This document shows positions 53,074-63,357 of a DNA stretch of 64,000 bases, piece after piece (within the stretch, counting starts at the first letter, position 1; each line of letters begins with the position of its first letter). Position numbers and translations under genes: made by a program. The notes beneath the pieces are model-generated. The model worked only from the letters and a program-made list of their open reading frames with translations, was not told where the DNA came from and searched no databases. The stretch is taken from the NCBI GenBank assembly GCA_963729885.1, contig CAVSQK010000041.1:9741-73740 (forward strand). The letters are read 5' to 3'. Source of the stretch: an uncultured Actinomycetes bacterium. Lineage in GTDB: Bacteria; Actinomycetota; Actinomycetes; S36-B12; CAIYMF01.

Positions 53074-53901
53074 TCAGCCTCCGGCGGTGATGGCGCCGAC
53101 GGCCAGGAACGAGAAGATCAGGACGTCCTGCCAGAAGTGGACGAACCACGCCCAGAACATCCCGCGGGTCTCGACCATGGAGCGGGCCAGGATCCAGCCG
53201 AGGAAGCCGGCCAGGAGCACGCCGATCAGGCCGTAGGGGACTCCGTAGTAGTGCCCGATGCCGAAGTAGGCGGCCACCATGAGCACGGCCTGCCGCGGGC
53301 CCACCGGACCCTCCAGCACGGACAGCAGGGACGCCTTGTAGGTGACCTCCTCGGTGAAGGCGTTCACCGCGGCGGCGAGCAGGATGGCCGGCAGGAACGG
53401 CCACAGCCGCGCCAGGTCCGCCGGATCGGGTCGCCCGGCGATCACCAGGAACGCCAGTGTCCCGCCGCTGATGCACAGGGTGAGCCAGAGCCCGAACCGG
53501 TTCCACCGCTGCCCCGGGCCCACGCCCAACCAGCGGATCGGGGCCACCGGGGCGGTGAGGTCACCACGGGTGAGGAAGAACTCCCGGCGGGTGCGGCCCA
53601 AGGCCAGCAGGGTGCCGATGATCACGAGGGCGACGATCAGGTTCAGCGACTGCTCGGCCAGCATGAAGACGGTGAACGACGGGTCGGCCAGCCACCCCGG
53701 ATAGCTGCCCAGCTGATCGACGCGGGAGTACACCACCCACTGCGCGCCGACGAGCACCGCGAGCACGACCAGCAGCGGGCGCAGGGCACGCACCGGCCGC
53801 CACACGCACGTGGCCAGCATGCCGGCGCCGATCACGGCCAGGGCCAGCAGGGCGCGCTGGTCCGCGGTCACGGGCCGGCCGAGGAACTCCCGACCCACCA
53901 C
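53074..53901 (-). CDS. CPBP family intramembrane glutamic endopeptidase (CAAX protease / Abi-like)
   Basis: ORF 53074..53901 carries TEEVTYK (EExxxR/K), AAYFGIGH (FxxxH) and FVHFWQD. It has multiple TM helices. The N-terminus may extend toward 54004 in another frame. Confidence 0.75.
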   Translation of the reverse strand: MVGREFLGRPVTADQRALLALAVIGAGMLATCVWRPVRALRPLLVVLAVLVGAQWVVYSRVDQLGSYPGWLADPSFTVFMLAEQSLNLIVALVIIGTLLALGRTRREFFLTRGDLTAPVAPIRWLGVGPGQRWNRFGLWLTLCISGGTLAFLVIAGRPDPADLARLWPFLPAILLAAAVNAFTEEVTYKASLLSVLEGPVGPRQAVLMVAAYFGIGHYYGVPYGLIGVLLAGFLGWILARSMVETRGMFWAWFVHFWQDVLIFSFLAVGAITAGG

Positions 53902-54004
53902 CTGCGGCAGGCCGGAGGCAAGCAGGACCAGCGGCCCACGCAGCCACCAGGGTCACCCGGGTGGAGCGTGGTGAGCCGACCGTCAGCGGCGCCCTGACGC
54001 TCAT

Positions 54005-54319
54005 TCAGGGGGACCGGAGGACATCGCCTTGACGACGCCCGACGACCCCGAGCCCGATCAGGACCAGGGCGATCACCCAGATCCACGGGATGTCGATGCT
54101 GGTCATCACCGCGATCCCCACCGGGATGGCCAGGAAGATGCCCAGCACCATGATCGCCTCGCGGGTGCGACCCGACAGCCAACGCTCGGCGGCCAGGGCG
54201 ACCCCGATCACGACCATGATCCCGGGCCACCACCACCCCGTGATCAGCAGGACTCCGATCCCGATGAGGATCAGCCCACCCGCCACACCGCTGCGCTCCC
54301 TGCGCATCACCTCGGACAT
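54005..54319 (-). CDS. small hypothetical membrane protein (4 TM, 104 aa)
   Basis: MSEVMRRERSGVAGGLILIGIGVLLITGWWWPGIMVVIGV... forms the C-terminal part of ORF 54005..55108. Confidence 0.4.
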   Translation of the reverse strand: MSEVMRRERSGVAGGLILIGIGVLLITGWWWPGIMVVIGVALAAERWLSGRTREAIMVLGIFLAIPVGIAVMTSIDIPWIWVIALVLIGLGVVGRRQGDVLRSP

Positions 54320-54685
54320 GGTGAACCTCCGATCGTTGACGACGCTACGACCTCTCGAATCCAGCCCGGTAGGGCCCAAAGTCCGGGGTGAGGGGATCAT
54401 TCGGGCGCGCCGGCGCAGGCTGCGTGCCCATTTCCGGGGGCGCGCCGGCCCGGAGTTCAGCACCCGGATCTCAGGAGTTTCGATGAAGGCGTTCAAGCAC
54501 CATTGGCCGGTCAGGGGGTCCAGCCTGAATGGCGACTTGGTGACGAGGTTGCCACCGGTGGGGTGGAGTTGCATGGGTTTGCCCGCTTTCGTGGGTGGAT
54601 CGGGTATTGATTGACGAGTCGGTGGGGTAGCGGCGGCTAGATGAGTCGCGCCGTGTGACGGCCACGAGGCCGGCGCTGTCCGGGT

Positions 54686-54832
54686 GGGTCCTACGAAGCC
54701 CGTCACCCGTCCGGGCTGGACGGTGTAGGTGAGGTTGTCGACCACGACCTCGTGGCCATGGCGCGTCGTGACGTTCTCGAACTCAAGGGTGTGCACCGGG
54801 AGCTCCTCGTTCTTTGTGACTTCTGTGGTGAC
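54686..54832 (-). pseudogene. stub of an ABC transporter ATP-binding gene (first ~49 codons only)
   Basis: VTTEVTKNEELPVHTLEFENVTTRHGHEVVVDNLTYTVQPGRVTGFVGP stops exactly where Walker A (GxxGxGKS/T) should follow. Downstream (54320..54685) is unassignable, less GC-rich sequence. Confidence 0.5.
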
Positions 54833-54869
54833 GTGACCCGCGCCTGCCCGGGGGCGCGCATTGGACGGC

Positions 54870-56441
54870 TCACGAGGTGGCCCGGTCCTGGGTCGGGTAC
54901 GTCTGGGGCAGGACAACCTCGGCCAGGTAGGTGGCGAAGCGCCCGGGCTCGTGCAGGTGCGGGGTGTGGCCGGAACTCTCGAAGGTGACCAGCTGCTTGC
55001 TGGGTGCCGACAGTCGCTCGAACCAGTCGACTGCGAGCACGGAGCGCCCGGGGGCCTCATGGGCGCCCTCGACGATGTAGACCGGGACGTCAAGTCGGGG
55101 GACGTCACGGCGGAAGTCGACGTCCTGCAGCTGCGGGTACATGAGGGCGAACGTGTCGATCAGCGCGGCGGCTGAGCGGAACTTCTCGGTGAGGGTGTAC
55201 TCCTCGACGAGCAGGTTCGCCGGGTACGTCGACCGGGCGTCGTGATCCGGGCCGTGCGTGAAGTCGTGCCACTCGGGGTTGGAGGCGATCGCGATCGGGT
55301 AGGCGAGCATGTTGGTGTAGGGCGGCGGGCCGATGGCGCGCAGCTGCTCGGCGAATCCGCTGTCGCCGACCCGTTCGGCGTAGGCGACGCTCTCGGCGTA
55401 CATCAGTTTGTCGGTCTCCTGCTGGTCGACCATCTGCCCGGATCCGATGTAGGCGTGGAACAGGTCGGGGCGTGCCTGGACGGCCAGGGTGCCCAGGGTC
55501 GTGCCCCAGGAGCTGCCGAGCAGGTAGATGCGCTCCTCGTCGAACCGGTTGCGCAGGTACTCGGTAACCTCGATGGTGTCGGAGACCGCTTGGGCCACGG
55601 TGAGCGTGTCAAGCGGCTCGAGGGCGCTGGCGGATCTTCCGGTGCCTCGTTGGTCCCAGGTCGCGACCGTGAAGTGCTCCTCGAGCTGCTTGCCGGCGTA
55701 GTGCATCGAGCCCAGGGCGGTCCCGCCCGGGCCGCCCTCGAGGAACAGCAGCACCGGGGCCTGGACGTCGTTGCCGCGGAGCATGATCGATTGATCCTGC
55801 CCGCCGATCAGAACCGTGGCCAGCTCGGCAATGCTGCCCGGCAGCGGCTCGCCGTCCCCGTCGAGGATGGGGGCGGTACCGGCCGGGCGGGCCAGGACGG
55901 CGCCAAGAGCCACCACGACGACGGTGGCCAGCACCAGGGAGGTCCCCCTCGCCGCGCGCCAGAACGCAGAGCCCCCGGCGGAGGCGGGCTGGCCGTCGCC
56001 GGTCTCGGCTGATTCGTCGCGGTTCTGCCGACGGGCGAGGGCTGCCCCCCAGAACGCGGCCACGACCATGGGAAGCCCGACGACCAGGACGTCGAACCCG
56101 CGCCCGACGACGAGGGCCAGGATGCCGTAAAGCCCGTCGAGGCGGATCGCGTCGACGGTGGGGCCGACGGCCCCGATCCGTCCGATCTCGAACGCTGCCC
56201 CGAACGTAGCGGGCGCGAGCAGGGCCGCCCACCTGCTGGCCATCAGCCACCCGGCGAGGACCCCCACTGCGAGTCCGAGCGTGAGAGCCGTCAGCGATTG
56301 GGCCGAGGTCATGGGGCCTCTGGGCATCATGAATGCCAGGGCCAGGCCGGCGGCGGCAGCGCTGAGGAGGGCACCGGCGGTCCTGGCCCACCCGCGGGCC
56401 TTCGTGGCTGGCGTGGCGTGGTTGATCTGGGTTGTGGTCAC
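54870..56441 (-). CDS. membrane-anchored alpha/beta hydrolase (N-terminal ~5 TM region plus proline-iminopeptidase-like domain); paralog of 52032..53062
   Basis: ORF 54870..56441 is intact and carries VLLFLEGGPGGTALG, WDQRGTGRS, the nucleophile elbow LLGSSWGTT and ESSGHTPHLHEP. Confidence 0.7.
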   Translation of the reverse strand: MTTTQINHATPATKARGWARTAGALLSAAAAGLALAFMMPRGPMTSAQSLTALTLGLAVGVLAGWLMASRWAALLAPATFGAAFEIGRIGAVGPTVDAIRLDGLYGILALVVGRGFDVLVVGLPMVVAAFWGAALARRQNRDESAETGDGQPASAGGSAFWRAARGTSLVLATVVVVALGAVLARPAGTAPILDGDGEPLPGSIAELATVLIGGQDQSIMLRGNDVQAPVLLFLEGGPGGTALGSMHYAGKQLEEHFTVATWDQRGTGRSASALEPLDTLTVAQAVSDTIEVTEYLRNRFDEERIYLLGSSWGTTLGTLAVQARPDLFHAYIGSGQMVDQQETDKLMYAESVAYAERVGDSGFAEQLRAIGPPPYTNMLAYPIAIASNPEWHDFTHGPDHDARSTYPANLLVEEYTLTEKFRSAAALIDTFALMYPQLQDVDFRRDVPRLDVPVYIVEGAHEAPGRSVLAVDWFERLSAPSKQLVTFESSGHTPHLHEPGRFATYLAEVVLPQTYPTQDRATS

Positions 56442-57054
56442 GGTCGGCTCTTTCGCTCGTCATGGATCCAGGTGGCCAGGGCGACGCCGATTCCTGCGAA
56501 CAGGACCAGCACCCCAATGGTGGTGGGCACTGCCACGCTGCGGATGACCTCGGGGGCAAGGTCGTCGCCGATAGCCAGCGTGGTGGTGCCGCCAGCCACG
56601 ACGGCATCGGTCCCCACCCGATAGGTGCCGGTGCGATCGGCATCGAAGACAGCCACAGCGGTTCCCCACGCGCCCGGGGCCCCGGGAACGTCGTAACGCA
56701 GGTCCAGGGCATAGGGGCGCACCTGCACCGGGGCGCCCTGGGGACCGCTCGCGGTCAGGTCCGCGGCCGTGAGCCGGACAGGTTCGGCGCCCTCAATGTA
56801 GATGACGTGCGACCCGGTCTGGGTGATCGCCACGGATGCGATGCCGGGCACCTCGGTGCGCGCGAACTGCTCCGGACGCTGCACCTGGTCCAGGAATCCG
56901 GTGACGGCCCACAAACCCGCGGCGGTTGCTCCGATGATGGCAATCAGGACGGCCAGGCCGTACCCGCGCCGGCCGGTCGTGCGCCCGTGCAGTGTGGGGT
57001 CTGGCAGCCCGGGGCCGGGCGCGACTGGTCCTCGGGGGTGGTGGAGCGGTTCAT
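56438..57054 (-). pseudogene. hypothetical membrane-anchored protein; one frameshift
   Basis: ATG at 57054 (MNRSTTPEDQS, ORF 56944..57222 frame). A shift near 56950 moves it into ORF 56438..56914 (C-terminal TM VAVPTTIGVLVLFAGIGVALATW). It overlaps the hydrolase start by 4 nt. Confidence 0.4.
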
Positions 57055-57248
57055 GGTGACTCCTGGCTCGTGTGGTCGTTCGTTACTCCAGAATCGACCC
57101 CTCGTAACCCGGAGGGCATCGGTCCCCGGAGCCAACTTCCCGCCCCCTCCACGGGGGTACCGCAGGGCGCCGACTCCGTCTGCGGGTGGACGCGGTAGTA
57201 GTCCCCAGACGGAGGCCTCCACCGGTCACTCGCAGTAGCGTCAGGAGC

Positions 57249-58429
57249 GTGAACGACGCAGTGGCGAGGCTTCGCAGCCTCGACGCCCAGCGACCCTGGG
57301 TCCTGGACGGCATTCTGGCGGTGGCGATCTTCGTCGCCGCCGCCGTGTCGGCCGCGATCCCGCACCGCAGTACCGACCCCCGGACGTGACCGTCTACCTG
57401 TTGATCGCCCTCGGCGCGGCACCGTACGTCGTTCGCCGCCGGTGGCCCCTGCCCGTGCTGGTGCTTGCCTCCATTCCTGTGCTCGCGCTGCTCGCTCTGG
57501 GGTACAGCTCCGCGGTGATCGGTGCTGCGCTGTTCCTCGCTGCCTACACCGTGGCCGCGCACTCAGACCGGCTCGGCACCGCCCTGGGAGTGGGTTACGC
57601 GATCGGCGTGATGGTGGTCGTTGCCGTCGTGGCTCCTACGACCATGGGGATCGCTGGCGTGGTCACCAACGCTGCACTGTTCCCGGGGCGTTCGCCCTGG
57701 GGGGCAGTGCCCACGTCCGCCGGGAGAACGTCGTCCTGCTCCAGGAACGGGCGCAGCTGGCGGAGCAGGCGCGCGCGGAGGAGGCCCGGCATGCGGTTGC
57801 CGACGAGCGGCTGCGGATCGCGCAGGAGCTCCATGATGTGCTCGGGCATTCGTTGGGCGTGATCGCGTTGCAGGCAGGTGTCGGGGCCCATGTGATCGAC
57901 GTCGATCCGGGGAGGCCAAGGCGTCTCTCGAGGCGATCTCCCGGACCAGCCGCTCCTCGCTGGCCGAGGTCCGTCGGATCCTCGGGGCCCTGCGCACCGA
58001 GACGGCGTGACTGGTTACCACCCGCCGCTGGGGCTCGACGCCCTCGACGCCCTGGCGGTCGAGCTGACCGAGGCGGGGCTACCCGTCACCGTTCAGGTCA
58101 GCGGAACCCCTCACGACGTGCCCGCTGCCCTCGGATTGACCGCGTATCGGGTCGTCCAGGAGGCCCTCACGAACGTCCTCAGGCACGCCGGACCTGGGGC
58201 CCGGGCCGATGTCAGCGTGCATCACGACGACCGGCAGGTCACCATCCGGGTGGACGACGACGGTGACCCGGCAACAGCATCGGTCACCAGCCCCCGGATC
58301 GGGCACGGCCAGCTCGGCATGCGCGAGCGGGTCGCGGTCTGGGGTGGCACGCTGCAGGTTGGACCGCGACCGGAAGGCGGCTACCGGGTGACCGCCACCC
58401 TGCCCTACGAGCCCCAGGAGGGACCATGA
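57249..58429 (+). pseudogene. NarL/DesK-type sensor histidine kinase (HisKA_3 + HATPase_c); four frameshifts
   Basis: TM region in ORFs 57186..57389 and 57386..57862. H-box ERLRIAQELHDVLGHSLGVIALQAG in 57442..58266. EAKASLEAISRTSRSSLAEVRRILGALR in the frame starting at 57912. ATPase domain [27 protein letters not shown] in 58007..58429. The shifts are near 57380 (C5 run), 57690, 57908 and 58003. Confidence 0.75.
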
Positions 58430-59093
58430 TCCGGGTGGCCGTCGTCGATGACGAGGCCCTCGTGCGCCGCGGCCTCACGGTCCTGCTCCGCCTCGAGCCG
58501 GGCCTCGACGTCGTCGGCGAAGCCGAGGACGGGGCTGGGGCGATCGCCCTGGTGCGCCGGGAACACCCGGACGTGGTGCTCATGGACATCCGGATGCCCG
58601 GAACGGACGGGCTGGTCGCGACCCGGGCCTGATGGCAGACCCCGACACATCGGCCGCCCGAGTGATCATCCTGACCACCTTCGACCTCGACGAGTACGTG
58701 TTCGGCGCGATCCGGGCCGGTGCCAGCGGGTTCCTGCCCAAGGACACCACCCCCGAGGAGCTGCTCACCGCGATCCGGGTGGTCGCCGACGGGGACTCCC
58801 TGCTCGCCCCCAAGGCCACCCGGCGTCTCATCGAGGAGTTCGTCCGCCAGTCACCGGTACCCCAGCCGACCCGCCCACCGGGCCTCGACCAGCTCACCGA
58901 CCGCGAGATCGAGGTGCTGCGTTCCGTGGCCCGCGGGCACTCCAACACTGAGATCGCCGACGAGCTGGTCATCAGCTACGCCACCGCCAAGTCGCATGTC
59001 AGCAGCCTGCTGGCCAAGCTCCAGGTCCGCGACCGGGCGCAACTGGTCATGCTCGCCTACGAGCACGGCGTCGTCACCCCCACCCGGGAATGA
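58426..59093 (+). pseudogene. NarL/LuxR family response regulator; one frameshift
   Basis: Receiver domain in ORF 58426..58632 ([28 protein letters not shown]). From about 58625 it continues in ORF 58632..59093 (VIILTTFDLDEY, and the LuxR HTH LTDREIEVLRSVARGHSNTEIADELVISYATAKSHVSSLLAKL). Its start overlaps the kinase stop. Confidence 0.85.
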
Positions 59094-59154
59094 GCGTCTT
59101 GAGAGCGCCCAGGTGCAGCCGCCGGGCGGCGCTGGCACCCGTCAGGCGCGCGCG

Positions 59155-60068
59155 GTGATCCTCCGGGGTGGGCGCCTGGACGCCGACGTCGTCGTGGTCG
59201 GGGCCGGGCCGGCCGGGTCGCTCATGGCGATCGAACTCGCGGGCGACCCTGTGCTCGCCGGGCTGCGGGTGGTGCTCGTTGACCGGTTGCCCGAGCCGCT
59301 GGTGGGCCGCTGGTGGGCGTACTGGGCACCGCACCACTGGTCCGGGGCGCGGACTCGGGGCAGTGGAGCAGGATCCGCCTGCAGGGAGCCGACCGCGTCG
59401 TCGACGTTCGCCTGACGCGCTCGCGCTGCCGGCGGATGGACGGCGGGGCGTTGGCCGAGCACCTGGCCGCGGTCATCGCCGCCGCCCCAGGGGTGCGCCG
59501 CGTGCTGGGCGCTGTCGAGGGCGTCGGCCAATCTGACGAGTCAGCGATCGTGCGCCTGACCGGAGGCGACTCGATCACCGCCCGGTGGGTGATGGACTCC
59601 ACAGCGGGCCCACCAGTGCAACGGTCTGGGCCGTGGCTGTCGTTCCTGGGCTGGCGGGTCTGGCCGGAGGTCGGATCAATCGACCTTGGTGCGATCGATC
59701 TGATGGACTTCCGGGTGCCTCAGCGCGGCGGGCTGCGATTCGGCTACGTCCTTCCCGAGACCGCCGAGCACAGCCTCCTGGAGCTCTGCTCGTTCCGTAA
59801 TGGCAGCCCGGACCCGCACCTGGCACGTGACATCTCGCCATGGATCAGCGAGCGCCTCGATGGGCATGGCTTCCGTGCCGAGCCGGTCGAGGATGACTCC
59901 TATCCGCTGCTCAGCAGCCGGCCCCGTCGACTCGGGCCACGAGTCATGGCGATCGGGCACCGCGGCGGACTGGTCCGTCCATGCTCGGGGCGAACACCTG
60001 GTTTAGCGTGCTCGGTGGAGGCGCGAACTCCGCTGGCCGCTGTCGGCCCGAAGCGTGGGCCCCGGTAG
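59155..60068 (+). pseudogene. lycopene cyclase family (FAD-dependent) protein; frameshifted and apparently 3'-truncated
   Basis: GTG at 59155. DADVVVVGAGPAGSLMA and VDRLPEPLVGRWWAYW in the ORF 58720..59415 frame. A shift near 59325 moves it into ORF 59313..60068 (VMDSTAGP, GWRVW, FGYVLP, AIGHRGGLVRP). Too few codons remain before tRNA-Arg for a full-length family member. Confidence 0.5.
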
Positions 60069-60254
60069 CCCGGCGCCTAGAAAAAGTGGAACACGCCGTG
60101 GCCCGGCCTCACAAGTACCGGAGAACGGTGCTGCGTGTGAGCCTCGACACGCAGGCGTATGCCCTACCCCCCCGGGCTGTACGCCTGTGCCCACGGCGTG
60201 CCCACGGGGCCTCGCGGTGGCGTCAGGGGGCGTCCCGGGACCCCCTCCCGAGCG

Positions 60255-60327
60255 TGCCCCCGGCAGGATTCGAACCTGCGGCCTGTGGTTTAGGAAACCA
60301 TCGCTCTATCCCCTGAGCTACGGGGGC
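60255..60327 (-). tRNA. tRNA-Arg (anticodon CCT)
   Basis: Reverse complement: GCCCCCGTAGCTCAGGGGATAGAGCGATGGTTTCCTAAACCACAGGCCGCAGGTTCGAATCCTGCCGGGGGCA. It forms a cloverleaf with anticodon loop TT-CCT-AA and T-loop TTCGAAT. A hairpin (60226..60245) follows. Confidence 0.9.
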
Positions 60328-60364
60328 CGTGCACTGCAGGGACGCGGACGTCCCCTGGCGCAGG

Positions 60365-61785
60365 TCAGATTGTCGCAGATGCGAGCGGCGTGCCCGAGCG
60401 GGAGACCTCGGCCAGCTCGTGCAGCGACAGCCCGATGGATTCCACGAGCCGATCCAGGTCCGGCAGAGCAGCGGCATCCGCTGTGATCCCGATCGTCAGG
60501 TGGTCGGCATAGGACACCAGGGCGAACGTGCAGCGCACGTCCAGCGCCACGGGGATGTACGGGACGAACTCCACGAGCGGCCGGCCGCAGAGATGGCGCA
60601 CCTCTCGAGGGCCCGGCACGTTCGTCGCCGCGACGTTCACGCGCCCCTGGCCGGCGAGCACGTACCTGCGCGACGCTCGGGCGAGCAGCGGCGCGGGGAT
60701 GTGGTCGGCCAGGCGCACGACAGCGTCGGTGCCGGTCGCGACACCCTGGGACTTCTGCTCCGCGGTGCGCTGCATGACCACGGCCAACTGCCCCGCTGGG
60801 TCTGCCACGTCCACCGGCAGGTTCACGAACATCGCCGACGTCTCGTTGGTCGCTGCGGTCGAGCCCGGCCAGCGGCGGGCCGAGGCCGGCACGATGGTGC
60901 GCAGCACGAGCTCATCGAGAGGCTCGCCCCGCTCCAGGAGATAGCGGCGCAACCCTCCGGTCAGTGCGGACAGGAAGATGTCGTTGACCGTGCACCCGCT
61001 GGCCTCCCGGAGGTCCGCCAGTGGCGCGAGGCCGATCCCCGTCCAGCCCCACAGCCGTTCGGCGCCGAGAGGCCCGTTGAGGATGCTGGGCGGCAGGTCC
61101 GGGCGCACCACCGCGGCCAGCCCGGCACGCACCTGCTGGATCGCCCGCCGCGCCTCGGCCCGGGGACAGCACCGCACGCAGCAGCGCCTTGATCAGGCGG
61201 AACGGAAGCGACAGCAACCACGTCGCACCTGACACGACAAGCGCACCCCGGGAGGGCGCCGGGCGCAGGGCGACCGGCCGCGCCGTGGGCCGCCCCGACA
61301 TCGGTGGGAGTCGCCACGGGGTCCAGGACGGACTGGACCACATCGGTCCCCGACCGACCGTCGACCATCGCGTGATGCGCCTTGGCGACGACCGCCCAGC
61401 GCCCTCCGGACAGGCCATCGATGTGCCACATCTCCCACATGGGCCTGCCCGCGTCAAGCCGCTCGGCCATGATCCACACGACCATGGCGCGCAACTGGGC
61501 GTCGTCGCCCGGTGGATCGAGCACCGCATGGTGCAGGTGCTCGGCGACCGAGAAGTGCTCGCTGTCCACCCAGATGGGCCGGCCCAGGTCGAGCGGCATC
61601 CGCTGGGCCCGCCGGCGGTGCCAGGGCGCCGGGGCCAACCTGGCGGCGATCCGATCGCAGAGCTCGTGATGGTCCGGTGCCGGACCCTCGAAGACCAGCA
61701 GCGACCCCACGTGCAGCGGTTGGACGTCGGTCTCCATCCAGAGGAACCCGGCCTCCAGTGCGCTGAGCCGACCGTATCCGGTCAC
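60365..61785 (-). pseudogene. wax ester synthase / diacylglycerol acyltransferase (WS/DGAT), second paralog; at least two frameshifts
   Basis: GTG at 61785. LSALEAGFLWMETD and the active site HHAMVDG in ORF 60961..61896. Middle piece (ATWLLSLPFRLIKALLRAVL) in 60912..61529. C-terminal half (LNGPLGAERLWGW, NDIFLSALTGGLRRYL, NVPGPRE) in 60365..61177. Confidence 0.75.
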
Positions 61786-61936
61786 ACCTCCAGTGTGGCA
61801 CCGGGGCAGCGGCGGTGTCCCCCACGGAGAGAGCCGATCGGGGCCACCCTGACGTGCGTGTGCCCGGGGCCTCCCCGCCGCAGGCCCCGGACACACGCAC
61901 AGCCGTCCTCACCACATCAGCGCCACCAGATGCAGC

Positions 61937-62764
61937 TCACTCAGACGTGGATTCGACAACCGATTCCAGCCAGTCGTGGATCTGTCTGGTGTCGAGTCGA
62001 AGGGGTTGCTCTGGGGCCTGGCAGTACGTGCCCAGCCACCAGCTGGTCGCCAGCAGGATCGTCTCGTCACCGTCCTTGAACAGGCGCGGCGCTCCCGAGT
62101 CCCCGTAGCACATTCCGCTCGCGCCGCCGGCGATGTTGCTCAGGAGGTGCAGGTTGCGAGGGGTCACCGCGACACGGTTTCGGTGGCAGAACGGCGTGTC
62201 CCGCTGCTGTCGGGTCGAGGCCGTTGGGACCGCCCGTGCGAGCACGATCCCACCCGTACCCCACGATCGTGACTTCACGGCCCTTCAGATCCAGGTCGCC
62301 ACCTGCCCCACCTCAGGCAGGACCGGAAGGGCGATCGCCGCGAGCGCCGCGATGGGCGCCTCAAGGATGAACACGCCCACGTCCCGAGTCCAGTTCCTTC
62401 CCGGCCAACCCGGCATAGGGACCGCAGTGCCGGGGTGAATCGTCGGAGTGACATCCGAGGTGACCACGGGATCCAGGGTCAGGCCGACGATCTCACTACC
62501 CGGGTATGAGCCCTCACGGACCTCCGGGACCATGCAGTGGCCAGCAGACACGAACACCCGGTCCGTGACCATTGTCCCGCTGCACCAGTAGTGGTAGCTC
62601 CCATCCTCCCACTGCAGGACGAGGGTGCCGACGTACGTGTGCTCGGTGTCAGGCTGGCCGTTCACAACCCCACTGGCGGGGGCTGTGGCAAGCGACATCA
62701 GCAGGGCGACGGCGATCGACGCAACCACAAAGGGACTGCGGGTTCGCGTTCCGGGATGTCGCAC
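61937..62764 (-). pseudogene. secreted trypsin-like (S1 family) serine protease; at least two frameshifts
   Basis: Signal peptide and His motif VFVSAGHC, plus Asp (TRDVGVFIL), in ORF 62285..62764. VTIVGYGWD in 62067..62264. Ser motif MCYGDSGAP in 61937..62278. Confidence 0.7.
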
Positions 62765-62823
62765 GTCCGAGCAGCGCTCGCTTCACGTTCGCCATGGCCG
62801 ACCCCTTCTCCTCAGTCACACGC

Positions 62824-63225
62824 TCAGGCGCCCTCGACGGTCGCCCGGGGGAGGAAGAACTCCAGCGGGATCTGATCGGGGTCGCGGAAGTTCAGGTGCC
62901 ATCCGAACGGTGACTCCTCGATCCCCGACTCGGTCACGCCATGTGAGCGCAGGCGATCGAGCCAGCCGTCGAGCTCGCCGCGGCTCGCGCAGACGAACCC
63001 GACGTGGTCCAGCCCCACGCGGGTCTGGGTGAATGCGTCATCGGCGACGTCGGGGTCCTGGCGCAGGTCGATCGCCTGGCCGGTGGGCGTCATGAAGATC
63101 TTCATCGGTGCCGGCTCGTCGAACTCGGCCACCAGTGTCATGTCGAACAGGCGGGCGTACCAGTCAGCGCTCTTGTCGATGTCGTGGACGCTGAGTGCCA
63201 CGTGCTGGATGACGGGGGTTGTCAT
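62824..63225 (-). CDS. VOC (glyoxalase/bleomycin-resistance/dioxygenase) family protein
   Basis: The last 133 codons of ORF 62824..63759 carry MTTPVIQHVALSVHDIDKSADWYARLF, GLDHVGFV and HLNFRDPDQIPLEFF. Confidence 0.75.
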   Translation of the reverse strand: MTTPVIQHVALSVHDIDKSADWYARLFDMTLVAEFDEPAPMKIFMTPTGQAIDLRQDPDVADDAFTQTRVGLDHVGFVCASRGELDGWLDRLRSHGVTESGIEESPFGWHLNFRDPDQIPLEFFLPRATVEGA

Positions 63226-63357
63226 GGCTGTTCTCCTTCTGTGGGCGATGCGCCCGCATCCCCCACGGTGCTCCGCCTGCCGGCCGCTCAGCATCCGTGG
63301 AACTACGGGGTTCCTGCTGCCGTTGCGGGTGCGGGCACCTGCCGCCACGCTGGGGGC

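Larger units (their letters stand above)
42334..60254. mobile_element. putative degraded tRNA-Arg-associated genomic island (~17.9 kb), no integrase
   Basis: It is bounded by the direct repeats 42292..42333 and 60255..60296. Contents are accessory and partly decayed: an IS, nonsense-mutated ANT(6), gene stubs and paralog pairs. The ~250 bp next to 42334 is noticeably less GC-rich. Confidence 0.55.

Noticed and set aside
42334-60254. Search for an integrase, excisionase, relaxase or conjugation gene to make the island an active ICE or prophage.
   Set aside because: No frame gave tyrosine- or serine-recombinase-like sequence (no R..HxxR..Y pattern context), nor phage structural or type IV secretion genes. 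The element is therefore called only a degraded island.
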